From: Eledone cirrhosa
Taxonomy: Eukaryota
Reading direction: 5' to 3'
Assembly: GCA_964016885.1 (NCBI GenBank)
Contig: OZ024741.1
Coordinates: 284,704,001-284,768,000 of the forward strand
Length of the DNA stretch: 64,000 bases
Below the pieces are notes generated by a model. It saw nothing but the letters and a program-made list of their open reading frames with translations, had not been told where the DNA came from and searched no databases. Positions within the stretch are counted from its first letter, which is position 1; the number at the start of each line of letters is the position of its first letter. A program made the translations under genes and the position numbers. Shown here in pieces: positions 1-12,962 of the stretch.

Positions 1-169
1 ACACACTCTCTCTCACACACACATACATCTCAACATGCATCCCTCCACACCCACACGATCCAAAAATATGTGTGTCTGGGTTCAGGTAGTTGTATTTGAT
101 GAACCCATATAGTGGTTCATACACATGCATATCTGCGGATGCATATATACCGTCATACGCACACAAATA

Positions 170-385
170 TATATTTTTGCAGACGACACAGTGTTACTCA
201 CCTCAACAGACGATGATCTTCGACTTGTACTTGATAAGTTTGGTGCCGAGTGCTGCATGGCTGGAATGAAAATCAGTGCTGCGAAAACTGAGACACTAGT
301 CCTTTCAAGGAAGCCTGTGCAGTGCACGTTACATGTGAATGGAGTTCCACTGAAGTAGGTAGAGAAGTACAAGTATCTCAGGGCT
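170..385 (+). mobile_element. RTE-clade LINE reverse transcriptase fragment (decayed)
   Basis: Translation FADDTVLL...GMKISAAKTETLV...VNGVPLK*VEKYKYL matches RT domains 5-7; nucleotide similarity to the 41.6 kb fragment (aaggaagcctg.gcagtgcac...ccactgaag.aggtagagaagt.caag). Confidence 0.8.
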
Positions 386-813
386 GTGAGCAGAACATTG
401 AACTGAATTTACTTGCGTGTGTATAGGGTTGTGGTTGACCCAATTTCTCCAATTTACATCGTCAAATTGAGATTTGACCAATATAACATTTGTTGTTTTG
501 TAAACTAACTTTCGGTGAATACTATGTTGGTTTGTATATATATATATTTTTTCTTCGACCTCGCGTCGGTGTGAGTGTGTGTGTACTCACTCACACTAAC
601 TGTGACCGACTGTAATTCTAAAGATTTGATGTTGAGATTAGACCCGTCCAGCGTCTTTTACAGCTATTGAGAGATAGAGACTTGATAGTTTTATGACCCT
701 TACTGAGGATGATAGCAGCTGGCGTGTTTAGGCTGCTTAATCTTCATACGGGGGACAAAACTCTAGTGAGTGAACATCGTTAAATTTTCTCCCTCATATC
801 AAGGATTTGAAGA

Positions 814-909
814 CAATTCATTTTCAACTGATGTGATCAGTGATAATCGATCATGGCCGCACGATCGATTTATCACTTATTGAAACATGTGTCGTGATTA
901 AAATGATTG
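814..909 (+). ncRNA. Hammerhead ribozyme-like motif (variant core CUGAUGU, long helix II)
   Basis: CTGATGT 828-834; helix II agtgataatcgatc/gatcgatttatcact; GAAAC-ATGT-GTC 882-893; imperfect helix I (cattttcaa/ttaaaatg). Confidence 0.55.
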
Positions 910-1096
910 GAAATTTATACCATGCCTTCGGATCTTTATTTTGATACAAATACTCCGTTTTACATCATCTAGCTGTTCCCATAAATGGAATTGGAGATAT
1001 ACAAAAGCGTGGAGAACTTAATATTGATAACAAAAATATATTGGACCGTATGGCACAACCAATAATACACCTTACTATATATATATATATATATAT

Positions 1097-1166
1097 AGTT
1101 TCAGAAGATCCCGTTAAGGGTCAAAGCAGCGATTCTTTGCTTAAACTTTAATCTGTTATTTTAATA
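1097..1166 (+). mobile_element. 3'-terminal fragment of (TA)n-associated repeat family (CAGAAGA hammerhead-like family)
   Basis: Near-identical to 10821-10888 and the reverse complement of 57517-57585; directly follows a (TA)n run. Confidence 0.8.
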
Positions 1167-1257
1167 AATATTTGCTCTACGGTTCTTATATATTTGATAT
1201 ATATTTATTCTTATCAAGCCCTCTTTGGATTTTAGTCTTCAAATTTATTAATATTAC

Positions 1258-1381
<124 letters not shown>

Positions 1382-1382
1382 T

Positions 1383-1599
1383 ATTATTCAGAATTATAAT
1401 AAATGAAGACATTCACATAAGCAAAATATATGTTTTATTATATATATTTCGAAGGTACTGTGCTGTTTGTTCAGTAAGTCCTCGTCAGATAAAATACATG
1501 AATTGATGTACGTACTGAACAAACACCACAGTACCTTCGAAATATATATAATAAAACACATATTTTGATTATGTGAATTTATTATTATTCTGAATAATA
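1383..1599. repeat. Foldback (inverted repeat) of a PLE-type 3' end beside (TA)n
   Basis: Arm 1383-1476 is the reverse complement of 1513-1599 apart from a few substitutions and an indel. Confidence 0.9.
1429..1498 (-). ncRNA. Type I hammerhead ribozyme, PLE-type
   Basis: Minus strand: tgtattttat-CTGACGA-ggacttactg...cagtaccttc-GAAA-TATATATA-ataaaacata; helices I and II pair and helix III is a short palindrome. Confidence 0.75.
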
Positions 1600-1688
1600 A
1601 TAACCCCAGAAAACTTTTTTGTAGAGTGCTTTTAATCTATTGTAAAACTATATTCATTGAGTTATCAATGAACCATAATAATCTTTGG

Positions 1689-1769
<81 letters not shown>

Positions 1770-2001
1770 AAATCAAGGGAGTGTAAACACAGAAAATATC
1801 TTAAAAAATAATAACTTGCTATTGAACCACAGTGGCATACGGACTATACTTGTATCCCTGTATGTATTAATTACATATAGGACACATACTTTTATTATAT
1901 ATATATATTTCTCTTACTGGTAATAGGGTAGTAGGAAATTACTGACCTTTCCTGTTTATAGTTGTTTATACTATATACATAACTATAAATAGTATTATTA
2001 T

Positions 2002-2038
<37 letters not shown>

Positions 2039-2052
2039 GTATTTATATTTAC

Positions 2053-2083
<31 letters not shown>

Positions 2084-2379
2084 TCGAATAATGTACACCA
2101 TTTTACCATTTGAAAAAATACTGGTCCCCCCCACACACACATACACACATTCTCACACACACACACACACACATATATATATACACACACACACATACAC
2201 ACGCGTACATTAACATACAAAGAGACTTATACACACACACACACACACTTCTCCGTATAAGACAAAAGCTGAAAAATATCTTTTGACATGCTAAAATACC
2301 CCCCACTGCTTACAGACACATTCCTACTGATAGTCCCGCTACCACGAATTACACACACACACACACACACAGACACACA

Positions 2380-2466
<87 letters not shown>

Positions 2467-2689
2467 CTTAATAGCCATTTGAACTGTCAACAGGCTGCGG
2501 TCCGCACACACATCCCTGCTAACCATTATCACAACATCGAACACTTTACTACTATACTACTACACACACACACACACACACACATATTTGTTGTGAAAGA
2601 ATCATTCCTCAGTCTTGGCGCAAAATCAATTTTTTACATTCATATGACCTCTACCGACCAATCAAAATTGTTTTGACGACAAGAATTTT

Positions 2690-2954
2690 TGCAACATCAA
2701 GTAGCGCTGGAGCCACTTTTTTAACATAAAAACAGGTAGAATTCCCCAAACTAATCAGATCAGAGCAAACAACACGGACACTCTATCTCAAAATTATTTT
2801 TGAAAAGCATTTAGAAATGCGCAACCGGTAAAAACTTAAAAACTTAAAACCACAACTGAATACTAACCCATACAATTACTAATACTCTTTTATTCCTAAT
2901 TAAACTATTTTTCAACTGTGAACAATTTGTCAGCATTTTCTATTCCGTTTACCA

Positions 2955-2960
<6 letters not shown>
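2690..2960 (+). mobile_element. Possible highly decayed PLE GIY-YIG C-terminus and 3' end
   Basis: KNLKPQLN-like translation near 2840-2862 resembles the end of PLE GIY-YIG domains; the segment ends at (TA)n. Weak. Confidence 0.3.
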
Positions 2961-3045
<85 letters not shown>

Positions 3046-3848
3046 GTATATTTATTTCACGTTGCTCCTTCTGCCTGGATTTGCGAGCGACAGATAGAAT
3101 TAGCAATCGAAAAGACCATTGGAAACATTTGGTATGCTTGAAATAAAAAAAAAGAAATGGTGTATATAATTACTGGTGGTTGACATAACAACAGCGGTGG
3201 TTAGACACCGGATAGTGAGAGAAAAAAAGAGCAGAGCAAGAGATAGAAACCAATAGAGGAAACATAATAGGTGGAAAGTTTGGTTGGATGGAATATTCGA
3301 GATCAAGATACATGTCGCAATGGAGTATACTAGAAATATCAAATATCAAACGGTGGTGGTGGTGTGTCTGGGGGGCGGGGTAGAAAAGGGCGAAGGAGAT
3401 AGAGAGGGAGAGAAACAAAGTGAGATTGGAGGGGAGGTTTTATGAGTGTGTAAGAGGGATGAAAAGTGGATGGCAGAGAAAAGAGACTGAGATTATATGT
3501 ACACATGTCTGCGTCAGTAAATATGCACACACTCATACATATACGTTTGTATGTATGTATGTATTTATGTATGTATGTATGTATATATGTATGTATATAT
3601 GTATGTATACATGTATATATGTGTGTGTATATGTATGTATATATGTATAATTATTAACAATGTTATATCGTGCAATGGCCATACTCCATGACGGGGGGGG
3701 GCAATCATATATGTGTGTATGTATGTATGTATGTATGTATGTATGTATGTATGTATGTATGTATCTATGTATGTATGTATATATATATGTATATATGTAT
3801 GTATGTATATATGTATGTATGTATATATGTATGTATGTATGTATATAT

Positions 3849-4307
3849 GTCAAAAGGCAAAGGAGCTCTTAAGAGTCAATAGCCATCCAAAATCACCGGG
3901 AGAGATGACCCCTTAGCCTTTGTCAAGGCAGAATTATAGGAGAAGGAAAACTCTGATATAACACCTGCAACCCTGATGGTATCCAATGATGTTGACTTTT
4001 TCTTCTTTTTGGTAAATATCATCTTGGTTAAGAGAGTGGGACTGGCTTTGTGCAGTGCCTTTGCTCACTATAAAAGCTTCACGGCACAGGCATTGCTTTA
4101 TATCTGGAGATCTCTCTGCACTTGTCGTCACATGGTACCATGGGCCCAGCACTATGTGTCAATAATTGACACAGGTGTAGTGTTTGTACCAGAGTTGTCA
4201 AGTCGCTGGCTGAACTAAAAAGTCACACTCGTTCAGCGCATCGGAAGGGGTTCTCCTACATGGATATAAAGTAGTGGCCGTACTCGAAAACGAGTTGGCA
4301 GCCACCA
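3849..4307 (+). mobile_element. RTE-derived non-autonomous SINE, 5'-truncated copy
   Basis: Reverse complement of 43138-43598; ends in ggccgtactcgaaaacgagttggcagccaccat+(ATGT)n, the same tail type as the adjacent RTE LINE. Confidence 0.85.
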
Positions 4308-4329
4308 TATATGTATGTATATATGCTAC

Positions 4330-5749
4330 TATATAAAACCTCAGGCAGCATATTTAACATGAGGCAATTTGCTGCAAAGACAAAAGTATTTACATCAATC
4401 ATAAGAGACCTCTTGTATGCAGATGATTGCGATCTTGTAGCGCACACAGAGAGTGATATGCAGCACATTTTGAATGCATTTTCTGACGCTTGCACTGCCC
4501 TAGGATTGACTGTCAGTCTCAAGAAAACCGTCGTCATGTAAGCAGTACACTGAACCAAATATCTATGTGTTCGGTAAAAGACTTGGAGTGGTTGATCAGT
4601 TTGTCTACTTGGGAAGCACTGTCAATCTATACGGCAACCTTAACAGTGAAATCTCACAAGTGATGCTTTCGGAAAGCTAGAAAGGCGACTCTGGGGTCGG
4701 CAAGACATATGTAAGAGGACAAAGGTAAAGGTGTACAAGGCATGGGTGCTCTCTTGTCTTCTTTATGCCTGCGAGACCTGGGTCACATATTGTCACCACC
4801 TTAAGCAATTGGAGCGTTTCCATCAGATGTGTCTCAGACGGATCCATGGCGTTCACTGGAGGGACCACATCAGTGATGTCGAGATTTTGGAAAGCTCTAT
4901 GTGTGACAGTATAGAAGCTCTTGTGCTTAAGCAACGATTCCGTTGGAATGGTCACCTTGCCAGGATGAAGGATTCTAGAATACCAAAACAACTCTTTTAT
5001 GGAGAGTTGGTTAAAGGAAAACGACCGCCACGTAAACCAAAAAAGAGGTATAAGGATTCCTTGAAAGCCTCTTTGAAAGACGCTAACATCTCTGCTGATA
5101 CATGGGAAAATATTGCTGCTGATCGTAATAAATGGAGAAAGACTGTATATGAGGGAAAAGTTGCCTTTGAGGCATCTCGAATCACATACGAGAAAGTAAA
5201 GCGGGATGTGAGGAAGGGCATTGCTGTTGCACTTCCAGACGGCGAGGGTCCTCCTATGGTGCTGACATGCAGCGTCTGTGCGAGATTCTGCCTAAGCAAA
5301 GCTGGATTCGAGAGTCATCTTCGCAGTCATAAAGTAAGACCAGTGGTTGACTACCAGGCTGCTGTTGGAGATGCTACTCATCATGCTTGCCAAACATGTG
5401 GTAGAGAATGTAAATCAGCAGGAGGGCTCAAGCGACATGCAAAAGTACACGAACTCCAACCACAGCCGACTATTCCCAGTGAATGTTTTGGTTGCCGACT
5501 CTGTGCAAGACATTTTAGATCATTGGCTGGGTTAAAAAGCCACATTCGATCGCAGCGCTGTTAGTTGCTATCGTGTGTGTGTGTGTATAGATATCCTTAT
5601 GTGTGTGCGTGTATGTGTATATATATGTATATGTATATTATTATTGTTGTTGTCGTTATTATTATTGTTGTTATTATTATTATTCTTATTATTATTGTTA
5701 TCTAAAGTAGAAACAATTATTATTGTTATTAATGTATGTGTGTATGTGC

Positions 5750-5839
<90 letters not shown>

Positions 5840-5840
5840 A

Positions 5841-5877
<37 letters not shown>

Positions 5878-5982
5878 TTCTTTTTTTTTAAATCTAAATT
5901 TTAATTTTTTATTTATTTATTAATTTTTTTTTTTTTGTCCTCGTGCAATGGCCATACTCGATAACGAGGGGGCAGCCATCAT
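4330..5982 (+). mobile_element. RTE-clade LINE, 5'-truncated; 3' UTR split by a microsatellite block
   Basis: IRDLLYADDCDLV RT motif; downstream LLYACETW, RWNGHLARM..RIPKQLFYGEL; tail atggccatactcgataacgagggggcagccatcat at ~5948-5982. Confidence 0.9.
4731..5564 (+). pseudogene. RTE ORF C-terminal region with three C2H2-type zinc fingers
   Basis: CSVC-x12-HLRSH, CQTC-x12-HAKVH, CRLC-x12-HIRSQRC; the upstream RT is broken by a stop and frameshifts. Confidence 0.85.
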
Positions 5983-6049
5983 ATATGTATATATGTATAT
6001 ATGTATATGAGTAGATGTGATGTAGAGTTTGCGTGGGGAAAGTAGCACT

Positions 6050-6112
<63 letters not shown>

Positions 6113-6401
6113 ATGAGATACAGAGAGAGACTGTGTATTTCGGAGTGTGAGAGGTTTGAGTGAGAAAATGTGAGTGAGAGAATGAGTGAGAGGGAGAGAG
6201 GGGAAGAGAACATTGACCGCTAGAGAGAGCGAGAGGGAGAGAAACAGAGAGAGACAGAGAGAGTGTGTGTGAGGGAGAGAAACACAGAAAGAGTGTGAGA
6301 GAGAGAGAGAGAGTGTGTGTATGAGATAGAGTGCGTGTGTGTGAAAGAGAGTGTGTGTGTGTGTGTCAGTGAGAAAGAGACAGCGTGTATCTTTTTGTGG
6401 G

Positions 6402-6450
<49 letters not shown>

Positions 6451-6599
6451 CTTTTAGAAGGAAAGAAAGACTAAAGAGAGAAATATGAAGCAAAAGTGCT
6501 TATGAATGAGCGAGAGAGAGTTAAAGATAGTAGGAAAGAGAGAAGAATATGGTGGAAGGTATGAATGGTTGAGGGAGGAAGTGAATGAAAGAACGTATT

Positions 6600-9258
6600 A
6601 AGTTGTGTGTGTATTTGTGTGCTGCGTGTGTGTGTGAATGAGTGTGTAAGTGTCTCTCTGTGTGTGTGTGAGTGTCTCTGTGTGTGTTAGTGTCTTTATG
6701 TGTGTGTGTGAGTATCTCTGTGTGAGTGTCTCTGTGTGTGTGTCTCTGTATGAGTGTCTCTGTGTGTGTGTCTCTCTGTATTAGTGTCTCTGTGTGTGTG
6801 AGTGTCTCTGTGTGTGTGAGTGTCTCTGTGTGTGTGTCTCTGTATGAGTGTCTGTCTGTGTGTGTGTGTGTGTGTCTTTGTATGAATGTCTCTGTGTGTG
6901 TGTGTGTGTGTGTCTCTGTATGAATGTCTCTGTGTGTGTGTGTCTCTCTGTGTGTGTGAGTGTCTCTGTGTGTATGAGTGTGTCTGTGTGTGTGAGTGTC
7001 TCTGTGTGAGTGTGTGTGTCTCTGTGTGTGTGAGTGTCTCTATGTGAGTGTCTCTGTGTGTGAGATTGTCTGTGTGTGTGTGTGTGTCTCTGTGTGTGTG
7101 AGTGTCTGTGTGTGTGTGTGTGTGTCTCTGTGTGTGTGTGTGTGTCTCTCTGTGTGTGTGTGTCTCTGTGTGTGTGTCTGTGTGTGTGTGTCTGTGTGTG
7201 TGTGTGTGTGTCTCTGTGTGTGAGAGTGTCTCTGTGTGTGTGTCTGTGTGTGTGTGTGTGTGTGTCTCTGTGTGTGTGAGTGTCTCTGTGTGTGTGTCTG
7301 TGTGTGTGTGTGTGTGTGTGTGTCTGTGTGTGTGAGTGTCTGTGTGTGTGTCTCTGTGTGTGTGTGTGTCTCTGTGTGTGTGAGTGTCTCTGTGTGTGTG
7401 AGTGTCTCTGTGTGTGTCTCTGTGTGTGTGTGTGTGTCTCTGTGTGGTGAGTGTCTCTGTGTGTGTGTGTGTCTCTGTGTGAGTGTGTGTGTCTCTGTGT
7501 GTGTGTCTCTGTGTGTGTAAGTGTCTCTGTGTGTGTGTGTGTGTCTCTCTGTGTGTGTCTCTGTGTGTGTGTGTGTCTCTGTGTGTGAGAGTCTCTCTGT
7601 GTGTGTAAGTGTCGCTGTGTGTGTCTCTGTGTGTGTGAGTCTCTCTGTGTGTGTAAGTGTCTTTGTGTGTGTGTCTCTGTGTGTGAGAGTGTCTCTGTGT
7701 GAGTGTCTCTGTGTGTGTGTCTGTGTGTGTGTGTGTCTGTGTGTGTGTGTGTCTCTGTGTGTGTGAGTGTCTCTGTGTGTGTGTGTGTGTGTCTCTGTGT
7801 GTGTAAGTGTCTCTGTGTGTGTGTCTCTGTGTGTGTAAGTGTCTCTGTGTGTGTGTCTCTGTGTGTGTGTGTGTGTCTGTGTGTGTGTGTGTCTCTGTGT
7901 GTGTAAGTGTCTCTGTGTGTGTGTCTCTGTGTGTGTGTCTCTGTGTGTGAGAGTGTCTCTGTGTGTGTAAGTGTCTCTGTGTATGTGTCTCTGTGTGTGA
8001 GAGTGTCTCTGTGTGTGTAAGTGTCTTTGTGTGTGTGTCTGTGTGTGTGAGAGTATCTCTGTGTGTGTAAGTGTCTCTGTGTATGTGTCTCTGTGTGTGT
8101 GTCTCTGTGTGTGAGAGTGTCTCTGTGTGTGTAAGTGTCTCTGTGTGTGTGTCTCTGTGTGTGAGAGTGTCTCTGTGTGTGTAAGTGTCTCTGTGTGTGT
8201 GTCTCTGTGTGTGAGAGTGTCTCTGTGTGTGTAAGTGTCTCTGTGTGTGTGTCTCTGTGTGTGAGAGTGTCTCTGTGTGTGTGTCTTTGTGTGTGAGAGT
8301 GTCTTTGTGTGTGAGAGTGTCTCTGTGTGTGTAAGTGTCTCTGTGTGTGTGTCTCTGTGTGTGAGAGTGTCTCTGTGTGTGTGTCTGTGTGTGTGAGAGT
8401 GTCTCTGTGTGTGTAAGTGTCTCTGTGTGTGTCTCTCTGTGTGTGTAAGTGTCTCTGTGTGTGTGTCTCTGTGTGTGAGAGTGTCTCTGTGTGTGTAAGT
8501 GTCTCTGTGTGTGTGTCTCTGTGTGTGAGAGTGTCTCTGTGTGTGTGTACGTGTCTCTGTGTGTGTGTCTCTGTGTGTGAGAGTGTCTCTGTGTGTGTGT
8601 GTGTCTCTGTGTGTGAGAGTGTCTCTGTGTGTGTAAGTGTCTCTGTGTGTGTGTCTCTGTGTGTGAGAGTGTCTCTGTGTGTGTACGTGTCTCTGTGTGT
8701 GTGTCTCTGTGTGTAAGTGTCTCTGTGTGTGTAAGTGTCTCTGTGTGTGTGTCTCTGTGTGTGTAAGTGTCTCTGTGTGTGTAAGTGTCTCTGTGTGTGT
8801 GTCTCTGTGTGTGAGAGTGTCTCTGTGTGTGTAAGTGTCTCTGTGTGCGTGTCTCTGTGTGTGAGAGTGTCTGTGTGTGTGTGTCTGTGTGTGTGAGAGT
8901 CTCTCTGTGTGTGTGTCTGTGTGTGTGTAAGTGTCTCTGTGTGTGTGTAAGTGTCTCTGTGTGTGTAAGTGTCTCTGTGTGTGTGTCTCTGTGTGTGTAA
9001 GTGTCTCTGTGTGTGTAAGTGTCCCTGTGTGTGTAAGTGTCTCTGTGTGTGTGTCTCTGTGTGTGTAAGTGTCTCTGTGTGTGTGTCTCTGTGTGTGTGA
9101 GAGTGTCTGTGTGTGTGTAAGTGTCTCTGTGTGTGTGTAAGTGTCTCTGTGTGTGTAAGTGTCTCTGTGTGTAAGTGTCTCTGTGTGTGTAAGTGTCTCT
9201 GTGTGTGTGTCTGTGTGTGTGAGAGTGTCTCTGTGTGTGTGTCTGTGTGTGTGTGTGC
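6600..9258. repeat. Compound GT-based minisatellite (units such as gtgtaagtgtctctgt / gtgagagtgtctctgt)
   Basis: ~2.6 kb of (GT)n punctuated by gtctct, aa or ga; source of the 836-aa HT/ET ORF. Confidence 0.95.
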
Positions 9259-9427
9259 TGGAGACAGTTTATTGAAACTGTGGGTGGGCATCTTTTTTTG
9301 TGCGCATGTGTGCTTTACTTTTATTCATTGCGTGTGTATGATTGGATGGCGTCTACCAATGTTTGTCTGTAAATATATGTATCTCCATTCATATATATGT
9401 GTATACATATGGGTCTTTGCATAAGCA

Positions 9428-9429
<2 letters not shown>

Positions 9430-9498
<69 letters not shown>

Positions 9499-9521
9499 CT
9501 CTCTCTCCCCTCTCTCTCTAG

Positions 9522-9566
<45 letters not shown>

Positions 9567-9658
9567 CATGTGTGTTTACGTGCGTGTGTGTGCGATAGTG
9601 TGCGTGTGCACATATATGAATTTCTATGTGTGAGTATATGTGCATATATATGCCTATA

Positions 9659-9699
<41 letters not shown>

Positions 9700-9862
9700 G
9701 TATATATGCATATATATATGTATATATATATATATGTATATTTATGTATATATGTATATATATATATATGTATATATATATGTATATGTATATATGTATA
9801 TACATATATACATATATATATATATGTATATATGTGTATATATGTATATATGTGTATATATG

Positions 9863-9951
<89 letters not shown>

Positions 9952-9985
9952 ATATGTATATATGTATATATGTATATATATGTGG
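9430..9985. repeat. (CT)n, (TA)n and (TATG)-type microsatellite block
   Basis: Direct inspection. Confidence 0.95.
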
Positions 9986-10318
9986 TTGTATGTGTAAGTG
10001 TACGAAAGGAATAATAATAGTGACTGAGAAAAACACTTGCAGACTTTGATTTCAGAAAACACACCTGTAATAATTTACAAGGAGAAGGTATTGTGAAGAG
10101 TGTAGTAAAGACTCATGTAGCACTACACACACATGTGGATGTGTGTAGTCGTTTGAATCGATTGAGAAGTTCCTAAAGCTTATTCGGTTGTGGAGTCCAG
10201 TGGAATTCGTCAATTCAGACTAAAGAAACAATGTTTCCATTGGTCTTTCCATTGCAGATACTGTCTACCGGTCGCAACTCCTGTCAGTATTTATCTCTGT
10301 ATATGTGTAGTTAGTTTA

Positions 10319-10402
10319 CACATTGTTTAAAGCATAATGCTAATGCGTTTGCATATATATATATATATGCAAACGCATTAGCATTATACTTTAAACAATG
10401 TG
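10319..10402. repeat. Short palindrome centred on a (TA)n run
   Basis: cacattgtttaaagcataatgctaatgcgtttgc-(at)n-gcaaacgcattagcattatactttaaacaatgtg. Confidence 0.9.
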
Positions 10403-10403
10403 C

Positions 10404-10533
<130 letters not shown>

Positions 10534-10676
10534 GTAATCATAAAAAAATTAGAAGACTAAAATCCAAAGAGGGCTCGATAAGGATAAATATATATCAAAT
10601 ATATAAGAACCGTAGAGCAAATATTTATTTTAAAAAAAGCAGTGATTCTTTGCTTAAACTTTAATCTGTTATTTTA

Positions 10677-10763
<87 letters not shown>

Positions 10764-10765
10764 TA

Positions 10766-10884
10766 TTCGGTTGCAACGTTTTTCGAAATATTAACTTCTG
10801 CGTTCACAGATTGACTTTTTTAGTTTCAGAAGATCCCGTTAAGGGTGAAAGCAGCGATTCTTTGCTTAAACTTTAGTCTGTTAT

Positions 10885-10888
<4 letters not shown>
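10766..10888 (+). mobile_element. (TA)n-flanked copy of the CAGAAGA hammerhead-like family (shorter copy at ~10636-10679)
   Basis: Matches the reverse complement of 57517-57638; (TA)n on both sides; cagattga..agttt-CAGAAGA-tccc gttaa gggt-GAAA-gca..tgc-TT-aaact-ttagtctg. Confidence 0.8.
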
Positions 10889-10955
<67 letters not shown>

Positions 10956-10959
<4 letters not shown>

Positions 10960-12962
10960 TTAAAACAATGAAATAAAAAAATCAAGTCATTAGAGATATA
11001 CTTCACTGCTTTACGATCGTTTCTAGATGATAATAAATTGTAGCTCTACTCAGTTATTGATCTATGTAAGGTTAGTTACAAACTATCAGATAAAGAGAAT
11101 ATTTACTTACATGCATGTCACCAGCTGTTTTCAAAAGCAATAATAATTTTATTCAATAATGATTTTATTCAGAATTAGTATGTTAGTATCATGTCCTTAT
11201 TTGGAGGTAGTTGAAGAACTAACGAATCAAATTGTTTTTTTCATATGCAAAGTAATATACTTTAGTTGAGGTCATGACCCTTTGAAAGGAATGGTTGAAG
11301 GGTGTTAATAGTAGATTTGGCATCAAAATATTAGGAGGAAAGGGATTGTCAACTGATATTTGAATGTATCTGGTATAGTGAATTTAAAAGGAATGTCAAA
11401 GTAAATGGTCATTAGTGTTGTATTGAGTTTTAAGGTGAATATAAATTAAGGTTATGGCTAGGAAAGATAGTATATTAAAAGATGAAAATTATAATAACTT
11501 AATGAAATACAGTAATGCGATAATATACAACTTAACCAACACAATATAGTACTGTGTGGTAAATTGCATTTAGTATAATACAGCATATGATACGCTCTAA
11601 AATACTATCAAGTATGTTTATGCATAAATAATCAAACTCAGATAAATATATGTTGGCATAGTTAAAACACATAAATTTCATAGATTACACAGTGCATATA
11701 CCCACACTATATATATAGAGAGGTACTGTTAAATTGATATCCAACCAAAAATATACATACCCACAACTAGATGCAAATCTAAACACACATTTACACGCAT
11801 GCATATAATCATATACATACATATCCATACGTATCTATATCCACACACACATACACATCTATATCCACATATATACATATATATATATATACACACACTC
11901 ATACATACATACATATATATATATATATACACACACACACATATATATATACATATACATATATATATATATACACACACACACACATGCACATATATAC
12001 ATGTGTGAGTATATGTACGCTCCTCATACATGTGCACATACTCATATATAAACACTCATACACCTATACTCACATATACACACACACAAACACACATATA
12101 TATATACACACACTTATATATATATATACATACATACACATACGTACACACATACATATACAAGCATATATATATATACACACATACACATACATAAATA
12201 CATATACTCACACATATATATATCATACATAGATATATATTTACTCATGCAATTACGGGTGGTTGTGTATCTTGTTGCCTTTAGTCATTAACGCATAAAT
12301 CTAAGGAAGCTAAAACATTAAAAGGCAAAAGATAAGCATGAATGCATATAATTAGGGGAATGAGGTACTAATAAATCTTACTCTATATGGAATTATAGTG
12401 AGTTGCTATTTAGAATATTTAATTAGGTTTATAGTATTTAATTAGGTTTATAGTATTTAAATGTTTTTCGTATACGGTGATTACAAACTATGATCAATTC
12501 CTGTCTTTTATTTAATAAATCGCCCTTAGATTTAGTAATTTCCAAGATCTCCCCTGAACATGATCTGCGTTCCCTCCTGTTCCCCTACTATTAACACCCT
12601 TCAACCATTCCTTTCAAAGGTTCATGACCTCAACTAAAGTATATTACTTTTCATCTTAACACCATAGGAAAAAAAACAATTTGATTCGTTAGTTGTTCAA
12701 CTACCTCCAAATAAGGACATGATACTAACATACTACTAATTCTGAATAAAATCATTATTGAATAAAATTATTATTGCTTTTGAAAACAGCTGGTGATATG
12801 CATGTAAGTAAATATTCTCTTTATCTGATAGTTTGTAACTAACCTTAGATAGATCAATTACTGAGTATAGCTACAATGTATTATCATCATCTAGAAACGA
12901 TCGTAAAGCAGTGAAGTATATCTCTAATGACTTGATTTTTTATTTCATTGTTTTAACTTATA
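10956..12962. repeat. Long inverted repeat, ~360-bp arms (10956-11314 / 12585-12962)
   Basis: Arms align as reverse complements with few differences; the left arm starts at a (TA)n run. Confidence 0.92.

Noticed and set aside
3934-4218. ORFs conserved between 3.9-4.2 kb and 43.2-43.5 kb
   Set aside because: Conservation reflects two copies of one SINE; no recognisable protein motif.
4731-5564. Host C2H2 zinc-finger gene
   Set aside because: The fingers are contiguous with RTE RT C-terminal sequence and followed by the LINE tail.
6781-9291. 836-aa His/Thr-rich ORF
   Set aside because: Translation of the GT-based minisatellite; it lacks stops only because of repeat composition.
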